From contig CAZOJI010000013.1 of NCBI GenBank assembly GCA_964580055.1, positions 22,018 to 86,017 on the forward strand: 64,000 bases of DNA. The letters are read 5' to 3'. Made by a program: the position numbers and the translations under genes. This stretch comes from an uncultured Gemmatimonadaceae bacterium (GTDB taxonomy: Bacteria; Gemmatimonadota; Gemmatimonadetes; Gemmatimonadales; GWC2-71-9). Shown piece after piece: positions 19,812 through 27,399 of the stretch. The notes under the pieces are model-generated. The model did not search any database. It was not told the origin of the DNA and saw only the letters and a list, made by a program, of their open reading frames with translations. Within the stretch, counting starts at the first letter, position 1. Every line of letters begins with the position of its first letter.

Positions 19812-20099
19812 ATGACCAATGTTCACCGATCCGTCTCGACTCGAACCACCGAAATCGCAATACGGTGCCTCTTCTTCGCCCGATACGAAGAAGTGATGGG
19901 GAGCCGCGAGGTCGACATCGTGCTCCCAGGGGGTTCGAAGGTGTCCGACGCAGTCGAAGCGGTGCGGACAGGCGTTTCCGGCGGAGCTGGGCTGCCGGCA
20001 AGACCGCTGGTGGCACGGAATCAAAGACACGCGGCACTCGACACCGATTTGTCCGACGGCGACGAGCTGGCGTTCCTGCCGCCGCTGGCCGGGGGGTGA
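19812..20099 (+). CDS. moaD: molybdopterin synthase sulfur-carrier subunit MoaD
   Basis: Internal ATG of track ORF 19626..20099. The ubiquitin-like small protein ends in the diagnostic ...LPPLAGG. moaE follows immediately. The exact start is uncertain. Confidence 0.75.
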   Translation: MTNVHRSVSTRTTEIAIRCLFFARYEEVMGSREVDIVLPGGSKVSDAVEAVRTGVSGGAGLPARPLVARNQRHAALDTDLSDGDELAFLPPLAGG

Positions 20100-20100
20100 C

Positions 20101-20523
20101 TTGGGCTATCTCGTACAGCAGGCGATCGATGCGAACTCGTTGCTGCAAATGGTGTCGGATCCAAAAAGAGGCGGCACGGTGCTGTTCTACGGTACCGTCC
20201 GAGCCGGGCCGGACGACGGCCCGGTCGTAGCTATAGAGTACACCGCGTACCAGGAAATGGCCGAATCCGAGTGCTCTCGGGTGTTGGGCGAAGCAGCGGA
20301 AAGATGGCCCGAAGTGGCCGTTGCATTGAAGCATCGCCTTGGGCGTGTGCCGATTGGCGAATCGGGCGTAGTGATTGCTGCGGCTGCGCCGCACCGGGGG
20401 GAAGCATTCGATGCTTGCAGGTACGTGATCGATGAAGTCAAGAGGCGCGTGCCGATTTGGAAGAGAGAGCTGCTTGCAGACGGACAGCAACGGTGGCGCG
20501 CTAACGAAGGTAATAGTGGATAA
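20101..20523 (+). CDS. moaE: molybdopterin synthase catalytic subunit MoaE
   Basis: 140 aa. GGTVLFYGTVR...EYTAYQEMAE...AAAPHR.EAF.AC.Y.ID.VK..VPIWK matches the MoaE pattern. It starts 1 nt after the moaD stop. Confidence 0.85.
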   Translation: MGYLVQQAIDANSLLQMVSDPKRGGTVLFYGTVRAGPDDGPVVAIEYTAYQEMAESECSRVLGEAAERWPEVAVALKHRLGRVPIGESGVVIAAAAPHRGEAFDACRYVIDEVKRRVPIWKRELLADGQQRWRANEGNSG

Positions 20524-20528
20524 CGCTG

Positions 20529-21014
20529 ATGGCTCTGTCAGTAGCATTGATTGAACCTCAGATACCGCCGAACACCGGCAACATTGCTCGACTGTGCGCG
20601 GCCACCGACGTGGCACTGCACTTGATAGAACCGTTGGGGTTTGAACTGGACGATGCTCGATTGGAACGGGCGGGTTTGCATTACATGGACGCCGTGGATC
20701 TATGGACGCACCCATATTGGAGGTTCTTCCGTTCCGCCATCTCGCGGGACCGCTGCTTATATTTCTCCGCGCATGGGAACCGGTCGTACTTCGATGCCCC
20801 CTATCGCCACAACTCGGTGCTGGTGTTCGGCAATGAGGGGGCCGGGCTTCCGAAGCCAATTGCCGCGAAGTACCCCGATCGCGTCTTTCGGATTCCAATG
20901 CGGCGCAGCGTGAGGAACTTGAATCTGGCAACATCCGTGGGAATTGTTGTATATGAAGCGATCCGACAACTCGGGATTGAGCTGGAGGGTCGCGACGAGA
21001 ACGTATCCGGCTAG
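20529..21014 (+). CDS. trmL: tRNA (cytidine/uridine-2'-O)-methyltransferase TrmL (SpoU family)
   Basis: LIEPQIPPNTGNIARLCAAT...LHLIEPLGF..DD..L.RAGL.Y aligns well with E. coli TrmL as I remember it. The C-terminal part reads IPM....RNLNLATSVGIVVYEA.RQL. Confidence 0.9.
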   Translation: MALSVALIEPQIPPNTGNIARLCAATDVALHLIEPLGFELDDARLERAGLHYMDAVDLWTHPYWRFFRSAISRDRCLYFSAHGNRSYFDAPYRHNSVLVFGNEGAGLPKPIAAKYPDRVFRIPMRRSVRNLNLATSVGIVVYEAIRQLGIELEGRDENVSG

Positions 21015-21078
21015 ACAGGCTACCGGTGCGGACTCGCAGCCGTGTGAACGCGTAATAACATTTTAGCTGGGGATCGTC

Positions 21079-22005
21079 ATGAAAAAGATCGGTGTAGTTG
21101 GAGGAGGGCACGTTGGTGCCACAACGGCGCAGCGGGTCGCCGAAAAGGAACTCGCGGAGCAGGTGATCCTTATCGACATTCTGGAAGGAGTCCCCATGGG
21201 CAAGGCTCTCGACCAGTGGCAGTCAGCTCCTGTCGAGGGCTACGACACCAGGATCATCGGCTCAAACGACTACGGCCCCGCCGAGGGTGCCGAGATGTTC
21301 ATCGTCACAGCCGGAAAGCCGCGCACGCCCGGCATGAGCCGTGACGACCTCGTCAGCGCGAACGTCAACATCGTGAAGTCGGTCAGCGAGCAGATCAAAA
21401 AGGTCGCGCCGGACAGCATAGTGATCGTGGTCTCGAACCCGCTGGACGTAATGTGCTACGTCGCCAAAGAGGTGACGGGTTTCCCGAAACAGCGCGTTGT
21501 GGGCATGGCCGGCATTCTGGACACTGCTCGGTTCCGCGCCTTCCTGGCGGACGCTGCGGATTGCTCGGTCGAGGACATTCAGGCCATGGTCCTGGGCGGT
21601 CATGGCGACAGCATGGTGCCGCTCATCTCCTACACGACCGTGTCGGGTATTCCGATCACGCAACTCGTTGGCGCCGAGGAGCTGGAAGCCATCGTCAAGC
21701 GCACACGTGGGGGCGGTGGAGAGATCGTGAAGCTGTTGGGCACCGGTTCGGCGTACTACGCTCCGTCTGCGGGTGCCGTGCAAATGGCCGACGCGATAAT
21801 CAAGAACAAGAAGCGAATCCTTCCTTGCTCCGCATGGCTCGAGGGCGAGTACGGAATGAACGGGCTCTATTTGGGTGTGCCGTGCAAGCTCGGCGAGAAC
21901 GGCGTGGAGAAGGTAATCGAGGTCGGGTTGTCCGCCGACGAGAAAGCTTCTCTGGAGAAATCCGGCGTGGCCGTGAAGGAAGTGATGGACATCGTCAAGC
22001 TATAG
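21079..22005 (+). CDS. mdh: malate dehydrogenase (LDH-like type)
   Basis: MKKIGVVGGGHVGATTAQ is the Rossmann motif. Also present: ITAGKPRTPGMSRDDL, VVSNPLD, GGHGDSMVPL. Confidence 0.95.
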   Translation: MKKIGVVGGGHVGATTAQRVAEKELAEQVILIDILEGVPMGKALDQWQSAPVEGYDTRIIGSNDYGPAEGAEMFIVTAGKPRTPGMSRDDLVSANVNIVKSVSEQIKKVAPDSIVIVVSNPLDVMCYVAKEVTGFPKQRVVGMAGILDTARFRAFLADAADCSVEDIQAMVLGGHGDSMVPLISYTTVSGIPITQLVGAEELEAIVKRTRGGGGEIVKLLGTGSAYYAPSAGAVQMADAIIKNKKRILPCSAWLEGEYGMNGLYLGVPCKLGENGVEKVIEVGLSADEKASLEKSGVAVKEVMDIVKL

Positions 22006-22043
22006 CCGTCGCTTCGCGGCGGTTTTGACGTGATACGGTGAAC

Positions 22044-22072
22044 GCGGTCCTGCTCGCCGTGAGCGGGGCCGC
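22044..22072. terminator. possible bidirectional hairpin between convergent mdh and the ADH-DinB gene
   Basis: gcggtcctgctc (22044-22055), loop gccgt, gagcggggccgc (22061-22072). The stem is 12 bp with 2 mismatches and has no U-tract. Confidence 0.3.
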
Positions 22073-22074
22073 AC

Positions 22075-23697
22075 TCACTCCAATACGGACAGGTATTTTT
22101 TCCAGGGACCCACCTCCGCATCCCACTGTCTCGCCATCACGCGCGCTATCTGGGCTATGTGGGCGAGATCGTGGACCGCCCAGGTGGCGATCAGCTGGCC
22201 CATGGTAACTCGCCCGAACTCGGGGTGCGTGCCGCTTAGTTCCAGCTTCTCGGGCGTTAGCTCGAAGTCCTGCAAGACGTCGAGATTCCTGCGCCGCAGC
22301 TCCGCGAAACGTTGCAATAGCTCGTTGACCGACTTCCCCTCAGCGTACTTCCCAAAAGCGAACCGTTCGAACGGCTCGAATGCCAGCGATTCACCGTGCT
22401 CCAGTATGATGTGAGCGCGAGGTACCCAATCAGCCTCCTCACCGTGAATGAGATGGGCCACGATGTCGTGCGCGCTCCAAGTGTCCGGCCCCTCGTTGTT
22501 CGCGGTCCAATCGTCGGACAATCCGGAAAGAAGTGCCTTCAGAGTGGACGGCGTGCGCTCGAGAATCTGTTTGGCGCTTTCGTGGTCGAATTTCATATGC
22601 CTGGTGCGTGAAGTCACCGGTACAGATCGGTATGGGCCGCTTTGGGGTCGCCGTCGGCATGGTGAGGTGCCACGATTGCCATGCTGTTTCCTGGAAGTCT
22701 CCGATTCGTCATTGGTGACTCTCAGAACCGCGGCCCCTGACAGCAGGCCGTTCCGCAGGTCTTCCAGAGCCTGGTTGGCGTTCTCCAACCGGTATTCCTC
22801 CACGTGTGTCTCTACCGGTACCTTGGGTGCGAGTTCCATGAACTCCTCTCCATCATGCCTGGTGAGGTTGGCCACTGAGTGGATGCTGCGCTCCATCCAA
22901 AGTATCTGGTAGGGAAAGGACGGTATTTCGCTCATGTGAATACCAGCGCAGACTACTGTGCCGCCGGGAGCCACCGCTCTGAGAGCGGCCGGGACCAGCG
23001 AGCCCACCGGAGCGAATATTATCGCCGCATCCAGCAATTCCGGAGCCTGCTCCTCGGATGAACCTGCCCATTCGGCTCCAAGGTGCCGTGCGAACGACTG
23101 AGCCTGCGAGTCCCCGGGTCGCGTGAAGGCGAACAGCCGGCGTCCCTCGTAGTGCGCCACTTGCGCCACGATATGTGCGGCGGCGCCGAACCCGTACAGG
23201 CCCAGTCTGTGCGCATCACCGGCGGCAACGAGGGAGCGGTGGCCGATCAGACCCGCGCAGAGCAGCGGCGCCGCTTTGGTATCGGAATACCGCGAAGGTA
23301 CCGGAAAGGCGAACCGCTCATCTGCGACAGTCAGCTCGGAGAAACCGCCGTTGATCTGGTAGCCGGTGAACTTGGCTTGGGAACAAAGGTTTTCACAGCC
23401 GGTCCGGCAGTATTGGCACTCTCCGCATGTCCATCCCAGCCATGGCACACCCACGCGATCGCCCTCGGAGTAACGTTCAACGCCCTCTCCAGCCCGGACG
23501 ACCCTGCCGACTATCTCGTGTCCCAAGATCAGCGGCAGCTTGGGCTCTGTGAGATCGCCGTCGTAGACGTGTAGGTCGGTGCGACAGACCGCGCAGGCTC
23601 CGACCTCTAGGAGAACTTGGCCCGGGCCGGGTTGAGGCTCGGGAACATCCATCTCGACCAGGGGGGTTCCGACGGCTTGTAGGACCATGGCTTTCAT
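22075..23697 (-). CDS. zinc-type alcohol dehydrogenase (N-terminal ~340 aa) continuous in frame with a DinB-family domain (C-terminal 173 aa)
   Basis: The N-terminal part has GACAVCRTDLHVYDG (catalytic Zn), the structural Zn motif CGECQYCRTGCENLC, and GFGAAAH (Rossmann). A ~40-aa Arg/Ser/Pro-rich linker follows. MKFDHESAKQILERTP...HDIVAHLIHGE...AVHDLAHIAQI is a DinB-type four-helix His triad. The internal ATG at 22596 could start a separate DinB gene. No stop codon separates the two parts. Confidence 0.8.
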   Translation of the reverse strand: MKAMVLQAVGTPLVEMDVPEPQPGPGQVLLEVGACAVCRTDLHVYDGDLTEPKLPLILGHEIVGRVVRAGEGVERYSEGDRVGVPWLGWTCGECQYCRTGCENLCSQAKFTGYQINGGFSELTVADERFAFPVPSRYSDTKAAPLLCAGLIGHRSLVAAGDAHRLGLYGFGAAAHIVAQVAHYEGRRLFAFTRPGDSQAQSFARHLGAEWAGSSEEQAPELLDAAIIFAPVGSLVPAALRAVAPGGTVVCAGIHMSEIPSFPYQILWMERSIHSVANLTRHDGEEFMELAPKVPVETHVEEYRLENANQALEDLRNGLLSGAAVLRVTNDESETSRKQHGNRGTSPCRRRPQSGPYRSVPVTSRTRHMKFDHESAKQILERTPSTLKALLSGLSDDWTANNEGPDTWSAHDIVAHLIHGEEADWVPRAHIILEHGESLAFEPFERFAFGKYAEGKSVNELLQRFAELRRRNLDVLQDFELTPEKLELSGTHPEFGRVTMGQLIATWAVHDLAHIAQIARVMARQWDAEVGPWKKYLSVLE

Positions 23698-23739
23698 AGC
23701 ATCTGCCCCTCGCTTTTCACGCCGCCTGCAGGGTTGCTG

Positions 23740-24138
23740 CTAGCGCCTTCGCTTGAGCCTGTCGATCTCGCGGCGCTCCCTCTTTGTGGGACGACCCTTG
23801 GTGCGGAAAGATGTCTCCGGTTGCGACTTGAGATGGAGCGCCAGCTCCTCACGCTTGTACAGCGACTCGGCGGTTTCCTCGTAAAGGGTCTGGGCAATCT
23901 TGGCGGGTCCCCGCTTGTGTGCGAGACCCCGGACAACAACCAGCTGCTCAAATGGGCCTTTGCGAACCCTCACCTCGTCGCCGACACGAACCTGCTTTGC
24001 CCGCTTTGCACGGTGCCCGTTCAGGTGGATCTTGCCGCCGCTTATCGCCTCAGAGGCCATGGACCTGGTCTTGTAGAACCGGGCAGCCCAAAGCCATTGG
24101 TCCAGCCGAACTGCCGTGGTGTCGTCGGGTGCGTTCAT
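23740..24138 (-). CDS. hslR: ribosome-associated heat shock protein Hsp15 (S4 domain)
   Basis: Internal ATG at 24138 of track ORF 23740..24294. VRLDQWLWAARFYKTRSMASEAISGGKIHLNG...LYEETAES matches E. coli HslR. The C-terminal tail is basic. Confidence 0.85.
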   Translation of the reverse strand: MNAPDDTTAVRLDQWLWAARFYKTRSMASEAISGGKIHLNGHRAKRAKQVRVGDEVRVRKGPFEQLVVVRGLAHKRGPAKIAQTLYEETAESLYKREELALHLKSQPETSFRTKGRPTKRERREIDRLKRRR

Positions 24139-24226
24139 GGGCGGTGTGTGGCTCCGGTTGACACCTTGAGCTTTTGGGTGACAAAGGGAATCTAGTGGTG
24201 GTGAAGGGGAGTAGGGAGCAAGCGAA

Positions 24227-24312
24227 GTAAGAATGTCCAACACGGAATGCTCAATGTCCAATATCCGAGTGACTCTCCCTTGGCCATTGGACATTGGACA
24301 CTGAGCATTCTC
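24227..24312. repeat. palindromic intergenic repeat, copy A (AATGTCCAA / TTGGACATT units)
   Basis: gaatgctcaatgtccaat pairs with attggacactgagcattc (17/18). It shares an identical 19-mer, AATGTCCAACACGGAATGC, and a similar 3-prime half with the copy at 27303-27384. It lies between the stop of 24313..25053 and the hslR upstream region. Confidence 0.6.
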
Positions 24313-25053
24313 CTACCGCTGCCGCACAATCCCACCATGCGTATCCTGATGCTTCATTATCAGGCTACGCATGTATACGCTCACCATTTGCGAACTCTCA
24401 AACCCCGCCTCTCGCGCGGCCGCATCTTGTTCGTCCGCGGACATAGGCACGCGCGCTGCAAAGTGCTGCAGGTCCCGGAAGATGCCCAAGGTGAACGAAT
24501 CCCACGGAGCGCCGCACACTCTCGTGAAGATCATCCGCTCGGGTCTGCCTGTGAGTCTTTGGTACTCGTTCTCCATCTCGCGCTCGCGAAACAACTCGTC
24601 GCGCTTTCCAGGCAGCGCGATGAAGATCTCAGTGTGGAAATAGCCGCCGCCGCTCACGATCTGATGCATCGTTTCGACGGGCGGGCCAAGCACGTAGAGA
24701 TCCTCGCGCCAAGCCACCAGAGGATCCAATTGCTGCCTGAAAGCAGTTTCGCTCGTACCGGAGGCGTTCGCCGCCTGCTCGCGGCGAGCCACGCGATCGG
24801 GACGGTAGTAGTCCACGAAGCTGCCCATCGGATACATGATCTGCAGGTCCCAGTGATCGCCCTGAGCGTGTCGCAGAATGACCGGTGTCGGCTCCCCTGC
24901 GGCCTCGAACACGCTCATCCTGTCCAGGTGCGCGTCGATCAGCTCGAGGAGCTTCCCCGGCGCCGCGCGCACGAAGTGGGTCCGGTACAAGTAGGTGGTG
25001 TCGGCCTGGGCAGCGGCCAGGCTGAGCAATGCTGCGGTCAAGAGCACGTGCAT
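24313..25053 (-). CDS. secreted hypothetical protein with internally duplicated ~100-aa module
   Basis: Signal peptide MHVLLTAALLSLAAAQA. The two halves look similar (FVRAAPGKLLELIDAH...WDLQIMYPMGSF versus EIFIALPGKRDELFRER...WDSFTLGIFRDLQHF). I could not name a family with confidence. The antisense ORF 24247..25242 is judged spurious. Confidence 0.65.
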   Translation of the reverse strand: MHVLLTAALLSLAAAQADTTYLYRTHFVRAAPGKLLELIDAHLDRMSVFEAAGEPTPVILRHAQGDHWDLQIMYPMGSFVDYYRPDRVARREQAANASGTSETAFRQQLDPLVAWREDLYVLGPPVETMHQIVSGGGYFHTEIFIALPGKRDELFREREMENEYQRLTGRPERMIFTRVCGAPWDSFTLGIFRDLQHFAARVPMSADEQDAAAREAGFESSQMVSVYMRSLIMKHQDTHGGIVRQR

Positions 25054-25269
25054 GCGGAAGTCTCCGTTGTGTCTTGGATGTGTGGTTCTCTGAATCGGGA
25101 AAGTGGCGACTCAACCGTTGTGTTGCAACTGTGGCTGCGCCGTCGCGTCGAAGATGGGCTTTCGGGACGCGGTTTGAGGGCATATGTATGTGCTGCAGTG
25201 GAGCGGCGCGGATCAAGCGTTTCACACAGCCACAGTGTCTAACTCCATGCGCACTATCCGAGGCATGGT

Positions 25270-25531
25270 GTGGATCCCAAACTGTCGAAAGAGCTCGAGC
25301 TAAATCCGGCTGAAGCGGACGCGATTGATGTGGAGTTTGCGTTGAATGGCGACACACTGGCGTTCGAGAGACTGTACCGGCCGTGTGACGATTCGCACCT
25401 ATGACGGGGATACAGACACAGAGGATCTGGCAGATAGAATCAGGCTGTCCTCCATGGATGGAGAGATAACGATCGACGGTGCCATCGGCGACATCGAGCT
25501 TCGGCACCGGGGGCGGTGGCGCAGGCGCTGA
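25270..25531 (+). pseudogene. decayed ECF sigma-70 factor remnant (frameshifted, truncated)
   Basis: One frame reads ...ALNGDTLAFERLYRPCDDSHL*. The next frame reads RVTIRTYDGDTDTEDLADRIRL.... Together they resemble sigma region 2.1/2.2 openings such as GD..AFE.LYR....RVY.....M.GD.D.AEDL.Q. No region 4 follows. It sits in a ~750-bp stretch with no gene call. Confidence 0.3.
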
Positions 25532-25801
25532 GCCGCTGCTGCACGCTTCACGCTGTCCGCTCACCGCGCTGCCTGCTCCCCAACACCCGACGACCACAAG
25601 GCAGCGTGCTCCTTACCCACCACTGCCCGCTCCCCCAAAAGAGCGGTGCCGTTTAACATCACATCATCGCAAGCTCGACTAGAGCAATTGCCCTTCAAGA
25701 ACTCTGTTCGGCATTACATTTGGTGTCGCGGGGGCGTTGGTTTGCCCAGGTGACGGGAGCCTGCGCTCCGCCGATTAATCGTTTTTCGCGGTCGAGGAAT
25801 C

Positions 25802-27277
25802 ATGTCAGACGTCACACCATCCACCGTCAGGACGATGACCGGCGACATGCCGGCCAGCCAGTTCCGCAAGTACGGCCACCAGATAGTCGACTGGATAGCA
25901 GACTTCTTCGAGGGAATCGACGATATCCGCGTCACACCGACCGTGGAGCCGGGATTCCTGAAGAAGACGCTGCCGGATACCGCGCCGACGGAGGGCGAGA
26001 GTATGGATTCGATCCTCGCCGACGTAGATCGCCTGATAATGCCGGGCATGACCCACTGGAACCACCCGTCGTTCCACGCATACTTCAACTCCAGCGGCTC
26101 GGGTCCGGGTGTTCTCGGTGAACTGCTCTCGTCGGCATTCAACATCAACGCCATGCTGTGGGAGTCATGCCCCTCGGCCACCGAACTGGAAGAGGTGATG
26201 CTGGGTTGGCTCCGCAAGTTAGTGGCGCTGCCTGACGACTTCTGGGGCATCATCTACGACGGGGCATCCACCGGCAATCTTTGCGGTCTCGCCGCCGCGC
26301 GTGCGAGGGTCGGGGTGGACGTGCGCGAGCAGGGGCTTTCCGGCCGCTCGGATGTGCCGCGCCTCAGGCTTTATGCCTCGAGAGACGTTCACTCCTCCGT
26401 CGACAAAGCCGCACTAACGCTCGGCCTGGGAAGAGCGGGCGTGCGCAAAATCCCTACCGACCAAGCCTTTCGGATGCGTCTCGATCTTCTGCAGCAGGCG
26501 ATAGCGGAGGATCGCGAGGAGGGTTGTTTGCCGTTCTGCGTAGTAGGGTCGGTGGGCACCACATCCACGACCGCCATCGACCCGATGCGGGAGATAGCCG
26601 AGGTCTGCAAGCGGGAAGAACTGTGGCTGCACGTAGACGCGGCACACGCGGGCGCCGCGGCCATAGTACCCGAGATGCGTTACGTGCTCGATGGCTGCGA
26701 GCACGCCGACTCGCTGCTCCTCAATCCCCACAAGTGGATGTTCGTGCCGATGGACCTCTCCGCGTTCTACACGCGGCACCCCGAGATCTTGAAGAACGCA
26801 TTCAGCCTGATCCCCGATTACCTGCGCACCGCTCACGACGAGGCGGTTCAGAACTACATGGATTACGGGATCGCATTGGGGCGCAGGTTCCGCGCCTTGA
26901 AACTCTGGTTTGTGCTGCGCTATTTCGGCACGGACGGGCTGGTGGCGCGGCTACGCGAGCACATCCGGTTGGGGCAAATGTTCGCCGAGTGGATCGACGG
27001 ACACACCGACTTCACTCGCATGGCCCCAACGCCGCTCAGCACTGTCTGTTTCTGCGCGACGCCCACCGGTTTCGTGAACGCCGAGAGTCTGAACCTGATC
27101 AACCGCAAGCTGATGGAGGCTGTCAACAGATCAGGCAAGGCGTACATAACGCACACAATGCTCGGCGACCGCCTGGTTCTCAGGTTTGTGGTCTCGCAGC
27201 TCAAGACGACCGAAGAGCACGTGAGGAGTGCGTGGGAAGTGATTCAGGCGAAGCTAAGGGAGATACGAGGAGGGTAG
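25802..27277 (+). CDS. PLP-dependent aromatic-L-amino-acid/tyrosine decarboxylase (group II decarboxylase)
   Basis: 491 aa. The N-terminal part FRKYGHQIVDWIADFF..I....V.P.V.PGFL...LP..AP..GES resembles DDC. HWNHPSFHAYF is present, and the PLP-lysine motif is LLLNPHKWMFVPMDLSAFY. Confidence 0.9.
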   Translation: MSDVTPSTVRTMTGDMPASQFRKYGHQIVDWIADFFEGIDDIRVTPTVEPGFLKKTLPDTAPTEGESMDSILADVDRLIMPGMTHWNHPSFHAYFNSSGSGPGVLGELLSSAFNINAMLWESCPSATELEEVMLGWLRKLVALPDDFWGIIYDGASTGNLCGLAAARARVGVDVREQGLSGRSDVPRLRLYASRDVHSSVDKAALTLGLGRAGVRKIPTDQAFRMRLDLLQQAIAEDREEGCLPFCVVGSVGTTSTTAIDPMREIAEVCKREELWLHVDAAHAGAAAIVPEMRYVLDGCEHADSLLLNPHKWMFVPMDLSAFYTRHPEILKNAFSLIPDYLRTAHDEAVQNYMDYGIALGRRFRALKLWFVLRYFGTDGLVARLREHIRLGQMFAEWIDGHTDFTRMAPTPLSTVCFCATPTGFVNAESLNLINRKLMEAVNRSGKAYITHTMLGDRLVLRFVVSQLKTTEEHVRSAWEVIQAKLREIRGG

Positions 27278-27302
27278 AGGAACGTCGAACAAGGAGTTGA
27301 AT

Positions 27303-27384
27303 GGCCAATGTCCAACACGGAATGCCCAACTCTCAAGTGTCGTACCCTTGGACATTGGCCATTCCTTGTTGGATATTGAGAATT
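27303..27384. repeat. palindromic intergenic repeat, copy B
   Basis: A perfect 17-bp stem joins gaatggccaatgtccaa and ttggacattggccattc around a 32-nt loop. It contains the same 19-mer AATGTCCAACACGGAATGC as copy A. The tail ttggatattgagaattc resembles ttggacactgagcattc of copy A. Confidence 0.6.
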
Positions 27385-27399
27385 CCAAGGGGCAAGCCA

